Source of the DNA: Gammaproteobacteria bacterium
Lineage (GTDB): Bacteria > Pseudomonadota > Gammaproteobacteria > Eutrophobiales > Eutrophobiaceae
Direction of reading: 5' to 3'
Assembly: GCA_024278135.1 (NCBI GenBank)
Contig: JAJRTU010000321.1
Coordinates: 1-63,715 of the forward strand
DNA length: 63,715 nucleotides
Shown: in pieces, positions 31,556-43,663 of the stretch
Numbering within the stretch: the stretch's first letter is position 1
Layout: each line of letters starts with the position of its first letter
Translations under genes and position numbers: made by a program
Notes under the pieces: model-generated
The model's input: only the letters and a program-made list of their open reading frames with translations
Database searches by the model: none
Told to the model about the DNA's origin: nothing

Positions 31556-31670
31556 AAAATCGCAGCCTTTTCTCCGATGACGCATTACAGTTTTTTTCCG
31601 AATTGTATGTATGCCGGTTTACGTATCTTGACTTGAAACAACATTCCCGCTTTTATCCTTTTTCAGAATT

Positions 31671-32168
31671 ATGACAGAAAGTATCAAAACCAGCTTGTCT
31701 GCGCATGCCCGTGAGGAGATTGATCACTGGATACGCAAATACCCGGCTGACCAGAAGCAATCTGCGGTGCTGGCAGCCCTGCGTGAAGTTCAGCACGAGA
31801 ATAACGGATACCTGACTACCGGGCTGATGGATGCCGTGGCTGAGTATCTCGATATGGCGCCCATTGCAGTCTACGAAGTGGCGTCCTTTTATTCCATGCT
31901 GGAAACCCGGGAGGTGGGACGTCACAGCATTTCTGTTTGCAACAATATTTCCTGCATGTTATGCGGTGGTGACGACATTATTAAGCATATCGAAAACAAG
32001 CTCGGTATCAAAATGGGTGAGTCAACGAAGGATGGTCGCTACTATCTGAAGCGCGAAGAAGAATGTCTGGCTGCCTGTTGCGCCGCACCGATGATGATGG
32101 TGGATCATGTTTATTACGAAAATCTCACCCCTGAGAAGGTGGATGACATTCTGGATGGACTGGACTGA
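31671..32168 (+). CDS. nuoE: NADH-quinone oxidoreductase subunit E
   Basis: VASFYSM, CxxxxC and ECLAAC 2Fe-2S ligands. Confidence 0.95.
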   Translation: MTESIKTSLSAHAREEIDHWIRKYPADQKQSAVLAALREVQHENNGYLTTGLMDAVAEYLDMAPIAVYEVASFYSMLETREVGRHSISVCNNISCMLCGGDDIIKHIENKLGIKMGESTKDGRYYLKREEECLAACCAAPMMMVDHVYYENLTPEKVDDILDGLD

Positions 32169-33475
32169 TGGCTGATAATAAATTCAACCAGGCCTGTTAT
32201 GCCACGCTGGACTACGATCAACCCTGGTTGCTTGAGAATTATTACAAGGTGGGCGGGTATGAAGCCTGGAAAAAGATCATTCGTGAGCAAATACCACCAG
32301 CCCGGATTATTGACGAAATCAAGGCCTCCGGTTTGCGCGGTCGTGGCGGCGCAGGTTTCCCCACAGGACTGAAGTGGAGCTTCATGTCACCGGATGTGCC
32401 GGGACAAAAATATGCCGTCTGCAACTCAGATGAAAGTGAACCCGGTACCTGCAAGGATCGGGACATCCTGCGCTTTAATCCCCATGCTTTGATTGAAGGT
32501 ATGGCGATTGGCTGTTATGCCATGGGAGCAACGGTGGGTTATAACTATATCCGTGGCGAGTTTATGGATGAGCCTTTCAAGCGCTTTGAAAATGCACTGA
32601 AAGAAGCCTATGCAAAAGGCTATCTCGGCAAAGGTGTGATGGGTTCCGAAGTAGAGGTGGATCTGTACGCGAGCCTCGGTGCGGGTGCCTATATCTGCGG
32701 GGAAGAGACTGCCTTGCTGGAATCCCTGGAAGGGAAAAAAGGGCAACCTCGGTTTAAACCGCCATTTCCGGCCAACTATGGACTCTACGGTCTGCCGACC
32801 ACCATTAACAATACTGAATCGTTCGCGTCCGTGCCGATGATCATGCACAAAGGTGCGCAGTGGTTTAATAATACGGGCGTGGAAAACAGTGGCGGCACCA
32901 AGTGTTTCTCCGTCAGTGGACATGTCAATAATCCAGGCAACTTTGAAGTGCCCATGGGTCTGCCTTTCAGGGAACTGCTGGAGATGGCCGGCGGTGTTCG
33001 TCAGGGCCACGTGCTCAAGGCAGTTATCCCCGGCGGTTCGTCTGTACCGGTTCTACCGGGTGAGCAGATGATGGAAGCCAATATGGATTATGACTCCATT
33101 CAGAAGGCCGGTTCCATGCTGGGTTCGGGTGCTGTTGTGGTGATGGATGAAACAACTTGTATGGTACGTGTGCTGCAGCGCATCGCACGTTTCTATTTTT
33201 CCGAATCCTGCGGTCAATGCACCCCCTGCCGGGAAGGTACAGGTTGGATGTATCGTGTTATCACCCGGATTGTAGAGGGCAGCGGTACGGAGGAAGACAT
33301 GGACGGACTGGTCGATGTCGCCAACAAGATTGAGGGTCGCACTATATGTGCATTGGGTGATGCAGCCGCCTGGCCGGTACAGAGTTTTATTAAACATTAT
33401 CGCCATGAGTTCGAATACATGGTGCAGAACAAAGGGCGCAGTATTGTTGACAGCCCGGAGTATAAAGCAGCGTAG
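32168..33475 (+). CDS. nuoF: NADH-quinone oxidoreductase subunit F
   Basis: [43 protein letters not shown]. Confidence 0.97.
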   Translation: MADNKFNQACYATLDYDQPWLLENYYKVGGYEAWKKIIREQIPPARIIDEIKASGLRGRGGAGFPTGLKWSFMSPDVPGQKYAVCNSDESEPGTCKDRDILRFNPHALIEGMAIGCYAMGATVGYNYIRGEFMDEPFKRFENALKEAYAKGYLGKGVMGSEVEVDLYASLGAGAYICGEETALLESLEGKKGQPRFKPPFPANYGLYGLPTTINNTESFASVPMIMHKGAQWFNNTGVENSGGTKCFSVSGHVNNPGNFEVPMGLPFRELLEMAGGVRQGHVLKAVIPGGSSVPVLPGEQMMEANMDYDSIQKAGSMLGSGAVVVMDETTCMVRVLQRIARFYFSESCGQCTPCREGTGWMYRVITRIVEGSGTEEDMDGLVDVANKIEGRTICALGDAAAWPVQSFIKHYRHEFEYMVQNKGRSIVDSPEYKAA

Positions 33476-33499
33476 ATATTGAAAAGCACGAAGAATTAA

Positions 33500-35875
33500 A
33501 TGAGTGAAGATACGATAACAATCGAAATAGACGGTGAGCCGGTAGAAGCGCGTCGGGGGCAAATGCTGATTGAGCTTACCGATGCACATGGCAGCTATGT
33601 GCCACGTTTCTGCTATCACCGGAAATTATCGGTTGCCGCCAGTTGCCGTATGTGTCTGGTGGAAGTGGAAAAGGCACCCAAGCCGCTGCCGGCCTGTGCC
33701 ACGCCGGTGATGGATGGCATGAAAGTAAAGACCCGTTCAGACTATGCCAGGCAGGCGCAGAAGTCGGTGATGGAATTTTTGCTCATTAACCACCCTCTCG
33801 ACTGTCCCATTTGTGATCAGGGAGGCGAATGCGAATTACAGGATCTTGCCATGGGTTATGGTAATGATGTTTCGCGTTACCAGGAAAGAAAACGGGTCGT
33901 AAAAGACAAGGATATCGGGCCACTGATACAAACTGAAATGACCCGCTGTATCCATTGCACCCGTTGTATACGTTTTGGTGAGGAGATTGCCGGGGTGCAG
34001 GAACTGGGTGCGGTCGGTCGTGGCGAAAACATGCAGATTAGCACCTATGTTGAGAAGAGCATGAGCTCAGAGATGTCCGGTAATATTATTGATTTATGTC
34101 CGGTGGGTGCACTGACCTCCAAACCTTTCAGATTTTCAGCACGCAGTTGGGAAATGAAACAGCTGCCGGGTATCGCTCCACATGACCCGGTGGGATCCAA
34201 TGTGCATTTTCATATCAGGAATGACCGGGTCTTACGTGTGGTGCCGGCAGAAAATGAAAACATTAATGAAGTCTGGTTGTCGGATCGGGATCGCTTCAGT
34301 TACGAAGCGCTGTATAGCGATGACAGGCTGACAATACCCAGGATCAAAATTGACGGTCAGTGGCAGGAAGTGGACTGGGATACCGCCCTGGAAGCGGTAA
34401 AGGATCGCCTGCAGGGCGTGATGGGCAAAAATGGCGCCGAAAAAGTGGGTGCTCTGGTTTCCGCAACTTCCAGTTCGGAGGAAATATATCTTCTGCAAAA
34501 GCTCATGCGTGATCTGGGATCGAATAACATCGATCATCGTCTTACCCAGGTTGATTTTGGCGATGAAGACAAGGCCCCCGCCTTCCCCTGCCTGGGGCAG
34601 TCTATTGCCGAGCTTGATAATCTCAATGCCGCCCTCATTGTTGGTGGCAATTTGCGCAAAGACCAGCCTATTCTCAATCATCGCCTGCGTAAAGCCTGCC
34701 TCAAAGGCGCCGATATCATGCAATTGAATCCGCTGGCCTATGAATTCAATTATGATCTTGCCGCTGAATTGATTGTTTCACCGGCGGAGATGCCGGGCCA
34801 CCTTGCCGCCATCCTGAAGGCCTTGCTTGGTGGCGCAGATGCCGGTGATCAGGTCAGGGAATTGCTGGCAAACGTAGATGTTGAAGCAATACATTCAGAC
34901 ATCGCCGCTAAACTTAAGGAGGCAGAGTCGGCAACGGTATTGTTGGGTTCGCTTTGTGACAGCCATCCCCAGTTTGCGACTATCCGTGCTTTGGCAAGTC
35001 TGGTCGCCACCCACAGCGGTTCCACCCTGGGTCATACGGGTATTGCCGTGAACACTGCCGGTGCCTGGCAGGCAGGTGCCGTACCCCATCGTGGGCCGGG
35101 TGGCGTTGCGGTCGCCAGAGCGGGCCTTAATGCGGTCAGTATGCTCGAACAAGCACTGCCGGCCTACCTCATATACAACGTCGAACCGGAACTGGATTGC
35201 CAGAATGCCGGTATGGCCGTGCAGGCGATGACTTCGGCGGAATGTGTTATTGCATTCACCTCCTATGCTTCGCAGGCGCTGCAGGATTTTGCTGATGTAC
35301 TCCTGCCCCTGGCCCAGTTCGCTGAGAATGAAGGTAGCTACATCAATGTAGAAGGTCAGCAACAAAGCTTCACCGGCGCTGTTGAACCCCCGGGTGAGGC
35401 CCGGCCCGGCTGGAGAATCCTGCGAGTCCTGGGAAATAAATTTGAGTTCGATGGTTATCAGTACAATACTCTCGATGAAGTCGCTGCGGAACTGGGCGGT
35501 CTTATTGGCGATACGTCGCCTGATATGCAGAGCGAATGGACTTTGCCGACATCTTTGCCCGGAGGCAATGGTCGTTTACAAAGACTGAGCGATGTACCGA
35601 TGAATACGGCAGATGCCCTTGTGCGGCGGGCGAAGTCATTGCAGATGACAGAGGATGTGGCTGATGGCGCGGTACACATCAACAGCGCGTTGGCGAAGCA
35701 GCTGGGTCTGTCAGATCAGAAAGAAGTCAGGGCGGAGCAGGATGATATGGCATTGACCTTGCCGTTGGTGGTGGATGATCGTCTGCCTGACGCCTGTGTG
35801 CTTATTCAGGCCAAGCATCCTCAAAGTGCAGCTCTGGGGACCTGGTTTGCCGACATTACACTTGGGAAGGCCTGA
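33500..35875 (+). CDS. nuoG: NADH-quinone oxidoreductase subunit G
   Basis: [36 protein letters not shown]. Confidence 0.97.
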   Translation: MSEDTITIEIDGEPVEARRGQMLIELTDAHGSYVPRFCYHRKLSVAASCRMCLVEVEKAPKPLPACATPVMDGMKVKTRSDYARQAQKSVMEFLLINHPLDCPICDQGGECELQDLAMGYGNDVSRYQERKRVVKDKDIGPLIQTEMTRCIHCTRCIRFGEEIAGVQELGAVGRGENMQISTYVEKSMSSEMSGNIIDLCPVGALTSKPFRFSARSWEMKQLPGIAPHDPVGSNVHFHIRNDRVLRVVPAENENINEVWLSDRDRFSYEALYSDDRLTIPRIKIDGQWQEVDWDTALEAVKDRLQGVMGKNGAEKVGALVSATSSSEEIYLLQKLMRDLGSNNIDHRLTQVDFGDEDKAPAFPCLGQSIAELDNLNAALIVGGNLRKDQPILNHRLRKACLKGADIMQLNPLAYEFNYDLAAELIVSPAEMPGHLAAILKALLGGADAGDQVRELLANVDVEAIHSDIAAKLKEAESATVLLGSLCDSHPQFATIRALASLVATHSGSTLGHTGIAVNTAGAWQAGAVPHRGPGGVAVARAGLNAVSMLEQALPAYLIYNVEPELDCQNAGMAVQAMTSAECVIAFTSYASQALQDFADVLLPLAQFAENEGSYINVEGQQQSFTGAVEPPGEARPGWRILRVLGNKFEFDGYQYNTLDEVAAELGGLIGDTSPDMQSEWTLPTSLPGGNGRLQRLSDVPMNTADALVRRAKSLQMTEDVADGAVHINSALAKQLGLSDQKEVRAEQDDMALTLPLVVDDRLPDACVLIQAKHPQSAALGTWFADITLGKA

Positions 35876-35877
35876 TT

Positions 35878-36978
35878 GTGATTGAATTTATCTACGAATT
35901 TTTCAGGAACTCACTATTGGAGCCGGTCGTTACCTTGATCGTGCCCGATGCCATAGAAGCAGAGACGCTTTATATTGTGGAAATCCTGATCAAGATACTG
36001 GCCATCCTGCTGCCTGTGCTGGCAGCAGTAGCCTACACTACCTATGCCGAACGTAAAATAATCGGTTCCATCCAGGGCCGTATCGGACCCAACAGGGTTG
36101 GTTTTTTTGGCCTCAGTCTGTGGGGGCTGGGTCAGCCCATCGCCGATGCGGTAAAGCTGATTTTCAAGGAAATCATCATTCCTTCCGATGCGAACAAGTT
36201 TCTCTTTGTCGCGGCTCCCGTGTTGTCCCTGGCCCCTTCACTGGCAGCCTGGGCGGTGATCCCCTTTTCCGATACATTGGTTCTGGCGGACATTAATGCG
36301 GGCCTGTTGTACATACTGGCGCTGACTTCACTGGCTGTATACGGTGTCATTATTGCCGGCTGGTCTTCCAATTCCAAATATGCCTTTCTTGGCGCAATGC
36401 GCTCTGTTGCACAGATTGTTTCCTACGAGATTGCCATGGGCTTTGCCCTGGTGGGTGTATTGATTGCGGCAGGCAGTCTCAACCTCGGTAATATCGTGAT
36501 GGCCCAGAACGGCAGTATACTGCACTGGTTCTGGTTGCCTTTATTTCCTCTTTTTCTGATTTATTTTATTTCCGGCGTAGCCGAAACCAATCGTGCACCT
36601 TTTGACGTTGCAGAGGGTGAATCCGAAATCGTAGCCGGTTTTCATGTTGAATATGGCGGTATGGCTTTTTCCATTTTCTTCATGGCCGAATACGCCAACA
36701 TGATAATGGTTTCGACATTAACCGCGTTGATGTTTTGCGGTGGCTGGTTGTCTCCTTTCCAGGGTATACCCGTAATAGGTGAACCCAGTATTCTCTGGTT
36801 GTTGCTAAAGATATCATTTTTCCTGTTTTTGTTTTTATGGTTCCGGGCTACCTTTCCGCGCTATCGTTATGACCAGATCATGCGTCTGGGATGGAAGGTG
36901 TTTATTCCCATCACGATAGTCTGGTTGGTGGTCGTGGCGGTACTGGTGGTCGGACAGATCCCGCCCTGGTTCAGTTAG
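35878..36978 (+). CDS. nuoH: NADH-quinone oxidoreductase subunit H
   Basis: [37 protein letters not shown]. Confidence 0.97.
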   Translation: MIEFIYEFFRNSLLEPVVTLIVPDAIEAETLYIVEILIKILAILLPVLAAVAYTTYAERKIIGSIQGRIGPNRVGFFGLSLWGLGQPIADAVKLIFKEIIIPSDANKFLFVAAPVLSLAPSLAAWAVIPFSDTLVLADINAGLLYILALTSLAVYGVIIAGWSSNSKYAFLGAMRSVAQIVSYEIAMGFALVGVLIAAGSLNLGNIVMAQNGSILHWFWLPLFPLFLIYFISGVAETNRAPFDVAEGESEIVAGFHVEYGGMAFSIFFMAEYANMIMVSTLTALMFCGGWLSPFQGIPVIGEPSILWLLLKISFFLFLFLWFRATFPRYRYDQIMRLGWKVFIPITIVWLVVVAVLVVGQIPPWFS

Positions 36979-36997
36979 AAGGTTTATAGATAGACGA

Positions 36998-37489
36998 ATG
37001 TTACAGAGCGTAAAAAATTATCTTCAAAGCCTGGTACTGTGGGAATTGATCAAGGGCCTGCAGCTTACCGGTGTATATCTTTTTAAACGTAAAATTACGG
37101 TGCAATATCCGGAAGAGAAAACACCGCAGTCAGCTCGTTTTCGAGGACTGCATGCATTACGGCGCTATCCCAATGGCGAGGAACGTTGCATCGCCTGCAA
37201 GTTATGTGAAGCGGTATGCCCGGCCCTGGCCATTACCATTGACTCTGAACAGCGGGAGGATGGCAGTCGTCGCACGACGCGTTACGATATTGATTTGGGC
37301 AAGTGTATTTTTTGCGGCTTTTGCGAAGAATCCTGTCCGGTGGATTCCATTGTGGAAACACGTATTTTTGAGTATCACGGTGAAAAACGTGAGGATCTGC
37401 TGATGACCAAGGAAAAATTGCTGGCAACAGGGGACAGGGTGGAAGCGCAAATAGCGGAAGACCGGGCCAATGAGGCGATATATCGATAA
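36998..37489 (+). CDS. nuoI: NADH-quinone oxidoreductase subunit I
   Basis: [24 protein letters not shown]. Confidence 0.97.
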   Translation: MLQSVKNYLQSLVLWELIKGLQLTGVYLFKRKITVQYPEEKTPQSARFRGLHALRRYPNGEERCIACKLCEAVCPALAITIDSEQREDGSRRTTRYDIDLGKCIFCGFCEESCPVDSIVETRIFEYHGEKREDLLMTKEKLLATGDRVEAQIAEDRANEAIYR

Positions 37490-37567
37490 GTGACGGGTCG
37501 ATGAACACTAATTACAGACAGGAATTTAACTCAATATGTTCGCAGCCGGTACTGAGAAAGATCAGCC

Positions 37568-37604
37568 GCAAAGTGCAGCCCGTGACCATGCGCTTTGCTT
37601 TTTT
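37568..37604 (+). terminator. Intrinsic-terminator-like hairpin between nuoI and nuoJ
   Basis: GCAAAGTGCA...TGCGCTTTGC stem followed by T6. Confidence 0.5.
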
Positions 37605-37649
37605 CGAGGTCGCATTTTGGGATTGACGATTAACCAGTAACGAAAAACT

Positions 37650-38249
37650 ATGCTCGAATCTTTTATATTTTATTGTTTCGCCGCCTTGTTGATTTTTTCA
37701 GCCAGTATGGTGGTGACCATGCGCAATCCGGTGCATGCGGCCCTGTTCCTGGTGTTGTCTTTCTTCATCAGCGCAGCAATCTGGCTGTTATTGCAGGCCG
37801 AGTTTCTGGCCATCGTGCTGGTACTGGTCTATGTCGGTGCGGTCATGGTCCTGTTTCTGTTTGTCATCATGATGCTGGACATCAATTTGACGGTATTGCG
37901 GGAAGGCTTTGCCCGATATCTGCCGGTAGGCGTGGGTGTGGCTATATTGATGATGATTTCCATGGGTTTGATCGTGGGTTCAGGACAGTTTGATATAGGA
38001 CAGGCTGCCAATGCCTTGCAGGCTGATCCGAACTACAGTAATACTCGAGAGCTCGGGCAGGCCCTGTACACGGATTATCTTTATCCTTTTGAGATTGCCG
38101 GGGCCATTTTACTGGTCGCGATTATTGCGGCGATATCACTGAGCATACGCAGGCCGCGGACGAAAAAGACGCCCAAACCCGAAAATCAGGTATCGGTGAA
38201 GAGAAGTGAACGGGTCAGACTGGTCAAGATGGAGGCTGACAAACAATGA
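37650..38249 (+). CDS. nuoJ: NADH-quinone oxidoreductase subunit J
   Basis: NPVHAAL, VYVGAVMVLFLFVIMML, PFEIA. Confidence 0.96.
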   Translation: MLESFIFYCFAALLIFSASMVVTMRNPVHAALFLVLSFFISAAIWLLLQAEFLAIVLVLVYVGAVMVLFLFVIMMLDINLTVLREGFARYLPVGVGVAILMMISMGLIVGSGQFDIGQAANALQADPNYSNTRELGQALYTDYLYPFEIAGAILLVAIIAAISLSIRRPRTKKTPKPENQVSVKRSERVRLVKMEADKQ

Positions 38250-38328
38250 TGTCACTGGACGTTGAGCGCCGGATACGGTCAAGCTGCTTTTCCGACAGGC
38301 AAATGATCATTCATGAAGGAAGCAAAGC

Positions 38329-38634
38329 ATGTTAGTACTGTCCGATTTTTTGATTCTGGCCGCCATTCTCTTTTGTATCAGTGTGGCTGGTATTTTTATC
38401 AACCGTAAAAACGTCATTATATTGTTGATGTGTATTGAGTTGATGCTGTTGTCAGTGAACATGAACTTTATTGCTTTCTCGCACTTTCTGGGTGACATAG
38501 GCGGACAAATATTTGTATTTTTTATTTTAACCGTGGCGGCTGCCGAGTCCGCCATTGGTCTCGCCATCATGGTGGTTCTGTTTCGAAACCGGCACACCAT
38601 CAATGTCGCTGATCTGAACAGCATGAAGGGATAA
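38329..38634 (+). CDS. nuoK: NADH-quinone oxidoreductase subunit K
   Basis: [18 protein letters not shown]. Confidence 0.96.
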   Translation: MLVLSDFLILAAILFCISVAGIFINRKNVIILLMCIELMLLSVNMNFIAFSHFLGDIGGQIFVFFILTVAAAESAIGLAIMVVLFRNRHTINVADLNSMKG

Positions 38635-38636
38635 AC

Positions 38637-40607
38637 ATGTTCGAGAATATGGAAAATATTTATCTGGCCATTGTTATATCACCATTGCTTGGTTCTATTC
38701 TCGCTGGTCTTGGTGGTCGCCTGATTGGTCGTTCCGGTGCCCACTGGGTCACGATTATCGGCGTCGGTATTTCATCGATATTGTCGATGATCGCTTATAA
38801 ACACATTGTTTTCGATGGGGGAGAGGTGTTTAACCAGACCCTTTACACCTGGTTGAGTATCGGCAGCCTGGATTTGAATGTGGGCTTTCTGGTGGATCGC
38901 CTGTCGGTGACCATGATGGTTGTGGTGACCTTTGTTTCATGGATGATTCATATCTACACCATCGGCTATATGCATGATGACCCCGGTTATCAGCGTTTTT
39001 TCAGCTATATCTCCCTGTTCACCTTTGCCATGTTGATGCTGGTGATGTCGAACAATTTCATGCAACTGTTTTTCGGCTGGGAAGGCGTGGGCCTGGTGTC
39101 CTATCTGCTCATCGGTTTCTGGTACAAAAAGAAGACGGCGATCTTTGCCAACCTGAAGGCCTTTCTGGTCAACCGAGTGGGTGATTTCGGTTTTCTTCTG
39201 GGTATTGCCGGTGTGTTGCTGTACTTCGGCAGTCTCGACTATATCGAGGTTTTCAACGGCACCCCCGCTGTGGCCGGTCTGAGCATGGAAATATTCAGCG
39301 GCCATGAGTGGTCGGTGATGACCGTGATCTGTATTTGTCTGTTTATCGGTGCCATGGGTAAATCGGCACAGGTTCCACTGCATGTCTGGTTACCGGACTC
39401 CATGGAAGGTCCGACACCCATCTCCGCCCTGATCCATGCTGCGACGATGGTCACGGCCGGCATCTTCATGGTTTCGCGGATGTCGCCCCTGTTTGAATTG
39501 TCGGAGACAGCCCTGAGTTTCGTCCTGGTTATCGGTGCCATCACTGCACTTTTTATGGGTTTGCTGGGGCTGGTGCAAAATGACATCAAACGTGTCATTG
39601 CTTATTCCACTTTATCACAGCTCGGTTATATGACGGTGGCCCTGGGCGCATCCGCATACGCCGCAGCGATGTTTCATCTGGTAACCCATGCCTTTTTCAA
39701 GGCCCTGCTTTTCCTGGCAGCCGGCTCCGTTATTATCGGCATGCATCATGAGCAGGATATGCGCAAGATGGGCGGGCTCTATAAATATATGCCCATCACC
39801 TGGTTTACATCGCTGGTCGGTTCGCTTGCCCTGATAGGTTTCCCCGGGACCTCCGGTTTCTTTTCCAAGGACGCCATTATCGAGGCGGTACGCGACTCTC
39901 ACCTGGCCGGTTCCGGTTTTGCCTATTTCGCGGTAGTCGCCGGTGTTTTTATAACGGCTTTATATACTTTTCGGCTGTTCTTTTTGACCTTTCATGGCAA
40001 GGAACGTATTGACAAACACATCTGGGAACATCTGCATGAGTCACCCAAAGTGGTTACTGTGCCGCTGGCGGTACTGGCAATACCCTCGGTTATTATTGGT
40101 GCTTTCCTGATTGGTCCCATGCTTTTTCAGGGTTATTTTGCCGACGCCATTTTTGTATCTCCAGCCCATGATGTTCTGGGAGAAATCGGTAAGGATTATC
40201 ATGGTCTCTGGGGATTTACCCTGCACGCCTTCAAGGCGGCGCCGGTCTATCTTGCCTTTGCCGGTGTGCTGACGGCCTGGTTGCTTTACATTAAGTTTCC
40301 GCATATACCGGCGCAACTCTCACAACGCTTTGGTCTTTTGCACAAGTTATTGCTGGAGAAGTACTTTTTCGACGATTTCAATCAGACTGTTTTTGCCGGC
40401 GGTACCAGAAAGATAGGGCAGTTATTATGGCGTATTGGTGATGTGCGCGTTATCGATGGCTTTTTTGTAAATGGGACGGCTGTGACTGTGCGCTGGTTTT
40501 CCAGTGTCGTACGGACACTGCAATCCGGTTACCTTTACGACTATGCCTTTGCCATGATCATCGGTCTGTTGTTATTGCTGGCGGTTTTCGTACATCAACT
40601 GTTTTGA
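38637..40607 (+). CDS. nuoL: NADH-quinone oxidoreductase subunit L
   Basis: GWEGVG, GKSAQVPLHVWLPDSMEGPTP, HAFFKALLF. Confidence 0.97.
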   Translation: MFENMENIYLAIVISPLLGSILAGLGGRLIGRSGAHWVTIIGVGISSILSMIAYKHIVFDGGEVFNQTLYTWLSIGSLDLNVGFLVDRLSVTMMVVVTFVSWMIHIYTIGYMHDDPGYQRFFSYISLFTFAMLMLVMSNNFMQLFFGWEGVGLVSYLLIGFWYKKKTAIFANLKAFLVNRVGDFGFLLGIAGVLLYFGSLDYIEVFNGTPAVAGLSMEIFSGHEWSVMTVICICLFIGAMGKSAQVPLHVWLPDSMEGPTPISALIHAATMVTAGIFMVSRMSPLFELSETALSFVLVIGAITALFMGLLGLVQNDIKRVIAYSTLSQLGYMTVALGASAYAAAMFHLVTHAFFKALLFLAAGSVIIGMHHEQDMRKMGGLYKYMPITWFTSLVGSLALIGFPGTSGFFSKDAIIEAVRDSHLAGSGFAYFAVVAGVFITALYTFRLFFLTFHGKERIDKHIWEHLHESPKVVTVPLAVLAIPSVIIGAFLIGPMLFQGYFADAIFVSPAHDVLGEIGKDYHGLWGFTLHAFKAAPVYLAFAGVLTAWLLYIKFPHIPAQLSQRFGLLHKLLLEKYFFDDFNQTVFAGGTRKIGQLLWRIGDVRVIDGFFVNGTAVTVRWFSSVVRTLQSGYLYDYAFAMIIGLLLLLAVFVHQLF

Positions 40608-40619
40608 GTTATATTTCAC

Positions 40620-42137
40620 GTGGATCTTAATATTCCCTTGCTGAGTTTGTTAATCTGGACGCCTATATTAGGCGGTGTCTGGGTGCTGTATGCCGGTGAC
40701 AGACAGGAAAATACGGTCAAGTACCTGAGCCTGAGTGTGGCCATCATCACCTTTGTGCTGTCGCTGCTGTTGTATATGCAATTTGACACGACTACCTATG
40801 CCATGCAGTTTGTGGAAAAGACGATATGGATAGAAACTTTCAGTATCTATTACCATCTCGGCGTTGATGGTATTGCCCTGCCGCTGATCCTGTTGACGAC
40901 CTTTACGACAGTACTGGTGATCCTTGCCGGCTGGGAAGTAATAGAGACCCGTATCTCCCAGTATATGGCGGCATTCCTGATCCTCAGCGGTTTTATGAAC
41001 GGTGTCTTTGTCGCAGTGGATGCCATGCTGTTTTATTTCTTCTGGGAAGCGATGCTGATCCCCATGTTTCTCATCATTGGTATCTGGGGTGGTCCGAATC
41101 GGGTATACGCAACGGTCAAATTCTTTTTGTATACCTTTCTCGGCTCGGTGTTCATGCTCGTTGCCCTGCTTTATCTGTATTCGCAGGCCGGCAGCTTCAA
41201 TATTATTGATCTGCAGACATTGCCACTTCCGCTGGATGTACAAAAGCTGATTTTTATCGCTTTCTTCCTTGCCTTTGCGGTGAAAATCCCCATGTGGCCG
41301 GTACATACCTGGCTGCCGGATGCCCATGTCGAGGCGCCGACGGGTGGTTCCGTGATACTGGCGGCAATCATGCTGAAGATGGGGGGCTATGGTTTTATCC
41401 GTTTCAGTTTGCCCATAACACCGGATGCCAGCGCGGCCCTGAATGGCTTTATGATTGTGCTGTCGTTGATTGCCATTGTCTATATCGGTTTTGTTGCACT
41501 GGCACAGCAGGACATGAAGAAACTGATAGCCTACTCCTCCATTTCACACATGGGGTTTGTCACGTTGGGATTTTTCGTCGGCTTTGCCATATATGCTGAA
41601 AATGGCACGGCACAAGGCGCTATCATGGGGATAGAAGGCGCCATGATGCAGATGATCTCCCATGGTTTTATTTCCGGGGCCCTGTTTCTCTGTGTCGGCG
41701 TTCTGTATGAACGCATGCACTCCCGGCAGATTAACGATTATGGCGGTGTGGTTAACAGCATGCCGCATTTTGCCGCTTTTATGATGTTATTTGCCATGGC
41801 GAATTCGGGTTTGCCCGGTACTTCCGGCTTTGTCGGCGAGTTTCTGGTTATTCTCAGCAGTTACCAGGCAAATTTCTGGATAGCTTTTCTCGCGGCCCTG
41901 ACCCTGATTCTCGGTGCGGCTTACACGCTGTGGATGTACAAGCGGGTTATGTTTGGTGACATTGCCAATGAACAGGTTGCCGAGCTACAGGATATTAGTC
42001 CGAGGGAAACGCTGATTTTGAGTCTGCTTGCCTTCGTGGTTCTGCTTTTCGGACTTTGGCCTGCGCCGGTGTTTGAAGTCATGCACCCGACTATCGAGCA
42101 CCTGTTTGAACATATCATCCAGCCTAAATTGGGATAA
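40620..42137 (+). CDS. nuoM: NADH-quinone oxidoreductase subunit M
   Basis: HTWLPDAHVEAPTGGS, KKLIAYSSISHMG, GLPGTSGFVGEF. Confidence 0.97.
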   Translation: MDLNIPLLSLLIWTPILGGVWVLYAGDRQENTVKYLSLSVAIITFVLSLLLYMQFDTTTYAMQFVEKTIWIETFSIYYHLGVDGIALPLILLTTFTTVLVILAGWEVIETRISQYMAAFLILSGFMNGVFVAVDAMLFYFFWEAMLIPMFLIIGIWGGPNRVYATVKFFLYTFLGSVFMLVALLYLYSQAGSFNIIDLQTLPLPLDVQKLIFIAFFLAFAVKIPMWPVHTWLPDAHVEAPTGGSVILAAIMLKMGGYGFIRFSLPITPDASAALNGFMIVLSLIAIVYIGFVALAQQDMKKLIAYSSISHMGFVTLGFFVGFAIYAENGTAQGAIMGIEGAMMQMISHGFISGALFLCVGVLYERMHSRQINDYGGVVNSMPHFAAFMMLFAMANSGLPGTSGFVGEFLVILSSYQANFWIAFLAALTLILGAAYTLWMYKRVMFGDIANEQVAELQDISPRETLILSLLAFVVLLFGLWPAPVFEVMHPTIEHLFEHIIQPKLG

Positions 42138-43570
42138 TGATGACAACAGAATTAAGCTATTTGATACCGGAGATAGTGTTATTCACGCTGGCCTGTATCG
42201 TTCTGATCGCCGATACTTTCGGCCCGCCTGACGACAGATCATTTACTTACTGGTTGTCTCAGAGTTCTTTAATGGTTGCTGTTGTCCTTCTGGTGTTTTT
42301 ATACCCGGACAGAACGACCCATGTACTGGGTATGAACTTTGTCAGTGACCAGATGGGTTCCATCCTCAAGATATTTATCTGCGCATTCACTGCTGTTGTC
42401 TTCTTTTACTCTTATGAATATCTGAAGGAACATGGACTGGTCAAGGGTGAATATTTTATTCTCGGCTTATTTGCCGTGTTGGGGATGATGGTAATGGTAT
42501 CGGCCTACAGTTTGTTGACTGTTTACCTGGGGCTGGAATTACTATCTCTGTCTCTGTATGCCATGGTGGCCATGCACCGGGACTCGCAGAGTGCTACCGA
42601 GGCGGCAATGAAATATTTCGTGCTCGGTGCGCTGGCCTCGGGCATGTTGTTATATGGTATTTCCATGCTGTATGGCGTTTCCGGTGCCATTGATCTGGGG
42701 TCATTATCGGCCTATATCTCACAACAGACAGACAGCAATATATTGCTTATTTTTGGCCTGGTGTTTGTTATTGTCGGTGTCGCTTTCAAATTAGGTGCGG
42801 TGCCATTCCATATGTGGGTGCCTGATGTTTATCAGGGCTCGCCCACTTCGGTGACACTGTTTATTGCCAGTGCGCCCAAGATAGCCGCATTTGCCATGGC
42901 CATACGTTTACTGGTGGACGGCATGGAGGGACTGGTGGATGGCTGGCAGGGGATGCTGATAATCCTGTCTGTGTTGTCCATGGCAGCCGGTAATATCATT
43001 GCTATATCCCAGACCAACATCAAGCGTATGCTGGCCTATTCCACCATCGCCCATGTCGGTTTTTTGTTATTGGGTATCGCTTCCGGCTCGTACTCCGGTT
43101 ATGCCGGTTCCATGTTTTATGTGTTGACCTACGCCTTGATGAGTATGGGGGCCTTCGGCATGATTATCCTGCTGGGTCGCAAGGGTTACGAGGCGGATAC
43201 TCTGGATGATTTCAAGGGGCTTGCCAGCCGCAGTCCCTGGTTTGCCTTTATCATGCTGCTGCTGATGTTTTCCATGGCCGGTGTGCCACCGCTTCTCGGT
43301 TTTTGGGCGAAATGGTTTGTCATAAAAGAAATCATCGACATGGGCTACATCTGGCTGGCTGCTGTTGCAGTGCTGCTTTCTGTTGTTGGTGCCTATTACT
43401 ATCTGCGTATTATCAAGCTGATGTATTTTGATGAAGCTGATCAAATGACGGCGATTAAAGCCAGTCAGGGGATGCGTTTCGTCCTGAGCATTCACGGTCT
43501 GACTCTGTTGCTGTTAGGTTTTGCGCCTGGCATGCTGATGGCCTTATGTATTGGTGCCTTTAGCGTCTAG
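42137..43570 (+). CDS. nuoN: NADH-quinone oxidoreductase subunit N
   Basis: EAAMKYF, FKLGAVPFHMWVPDVYQG, KRMLAYS, YYYLR. Confidence 0.97.
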   Translation: MMTTELSYLIPEIVLFTLACIVLIADTFGPPDDRSFTYWLSQSSLMVAVVLLVFLYPDRTTHVLGMNFVSDQMGSILKIFICAFTAVVFFYSYEYLKEHGLVKGEYFILGLFAVLGMMVMVSAYSLLTVYLGLELLSLSLYAMVAMHRDSQSATEAAMKYFVLGALASGMLLYGISMLYGVSGAIDLGSLSAYISQQTDSNILLIFGLVFVIVGVAFKLGAVPFHMWVPDVYQGSPTSVTLFIASAPKIAAFAMAIRLLVDGMEGLVDGWQGMLIILSVLSMAAGNIIAISQTNIKRMLAYSTIAHVGFLLLGIASGSYSGYAGSMFYVLTYALMSMGAFGMIILLGRKGYEADTLDDFKGLASRSPWFAFIMLLLMFSMAGVPPLLGFWAKWFVIKEIIDMGYIWLAAVAVLLSVVGAYYYLRIIKLMYFDEADQMTAIKASQGMRFVLSIHGLTLLLLGFAPGMLMALCIGAFSV

Positions 43571-43663
43571 ACAGAAGTTTCGAATTTCCGCACATCAGTC
43601 TGAACAGAACGCGGACACGATCCATTAATGCACCTGCTTGTGCATACCCTTTGGAAATTTTAA

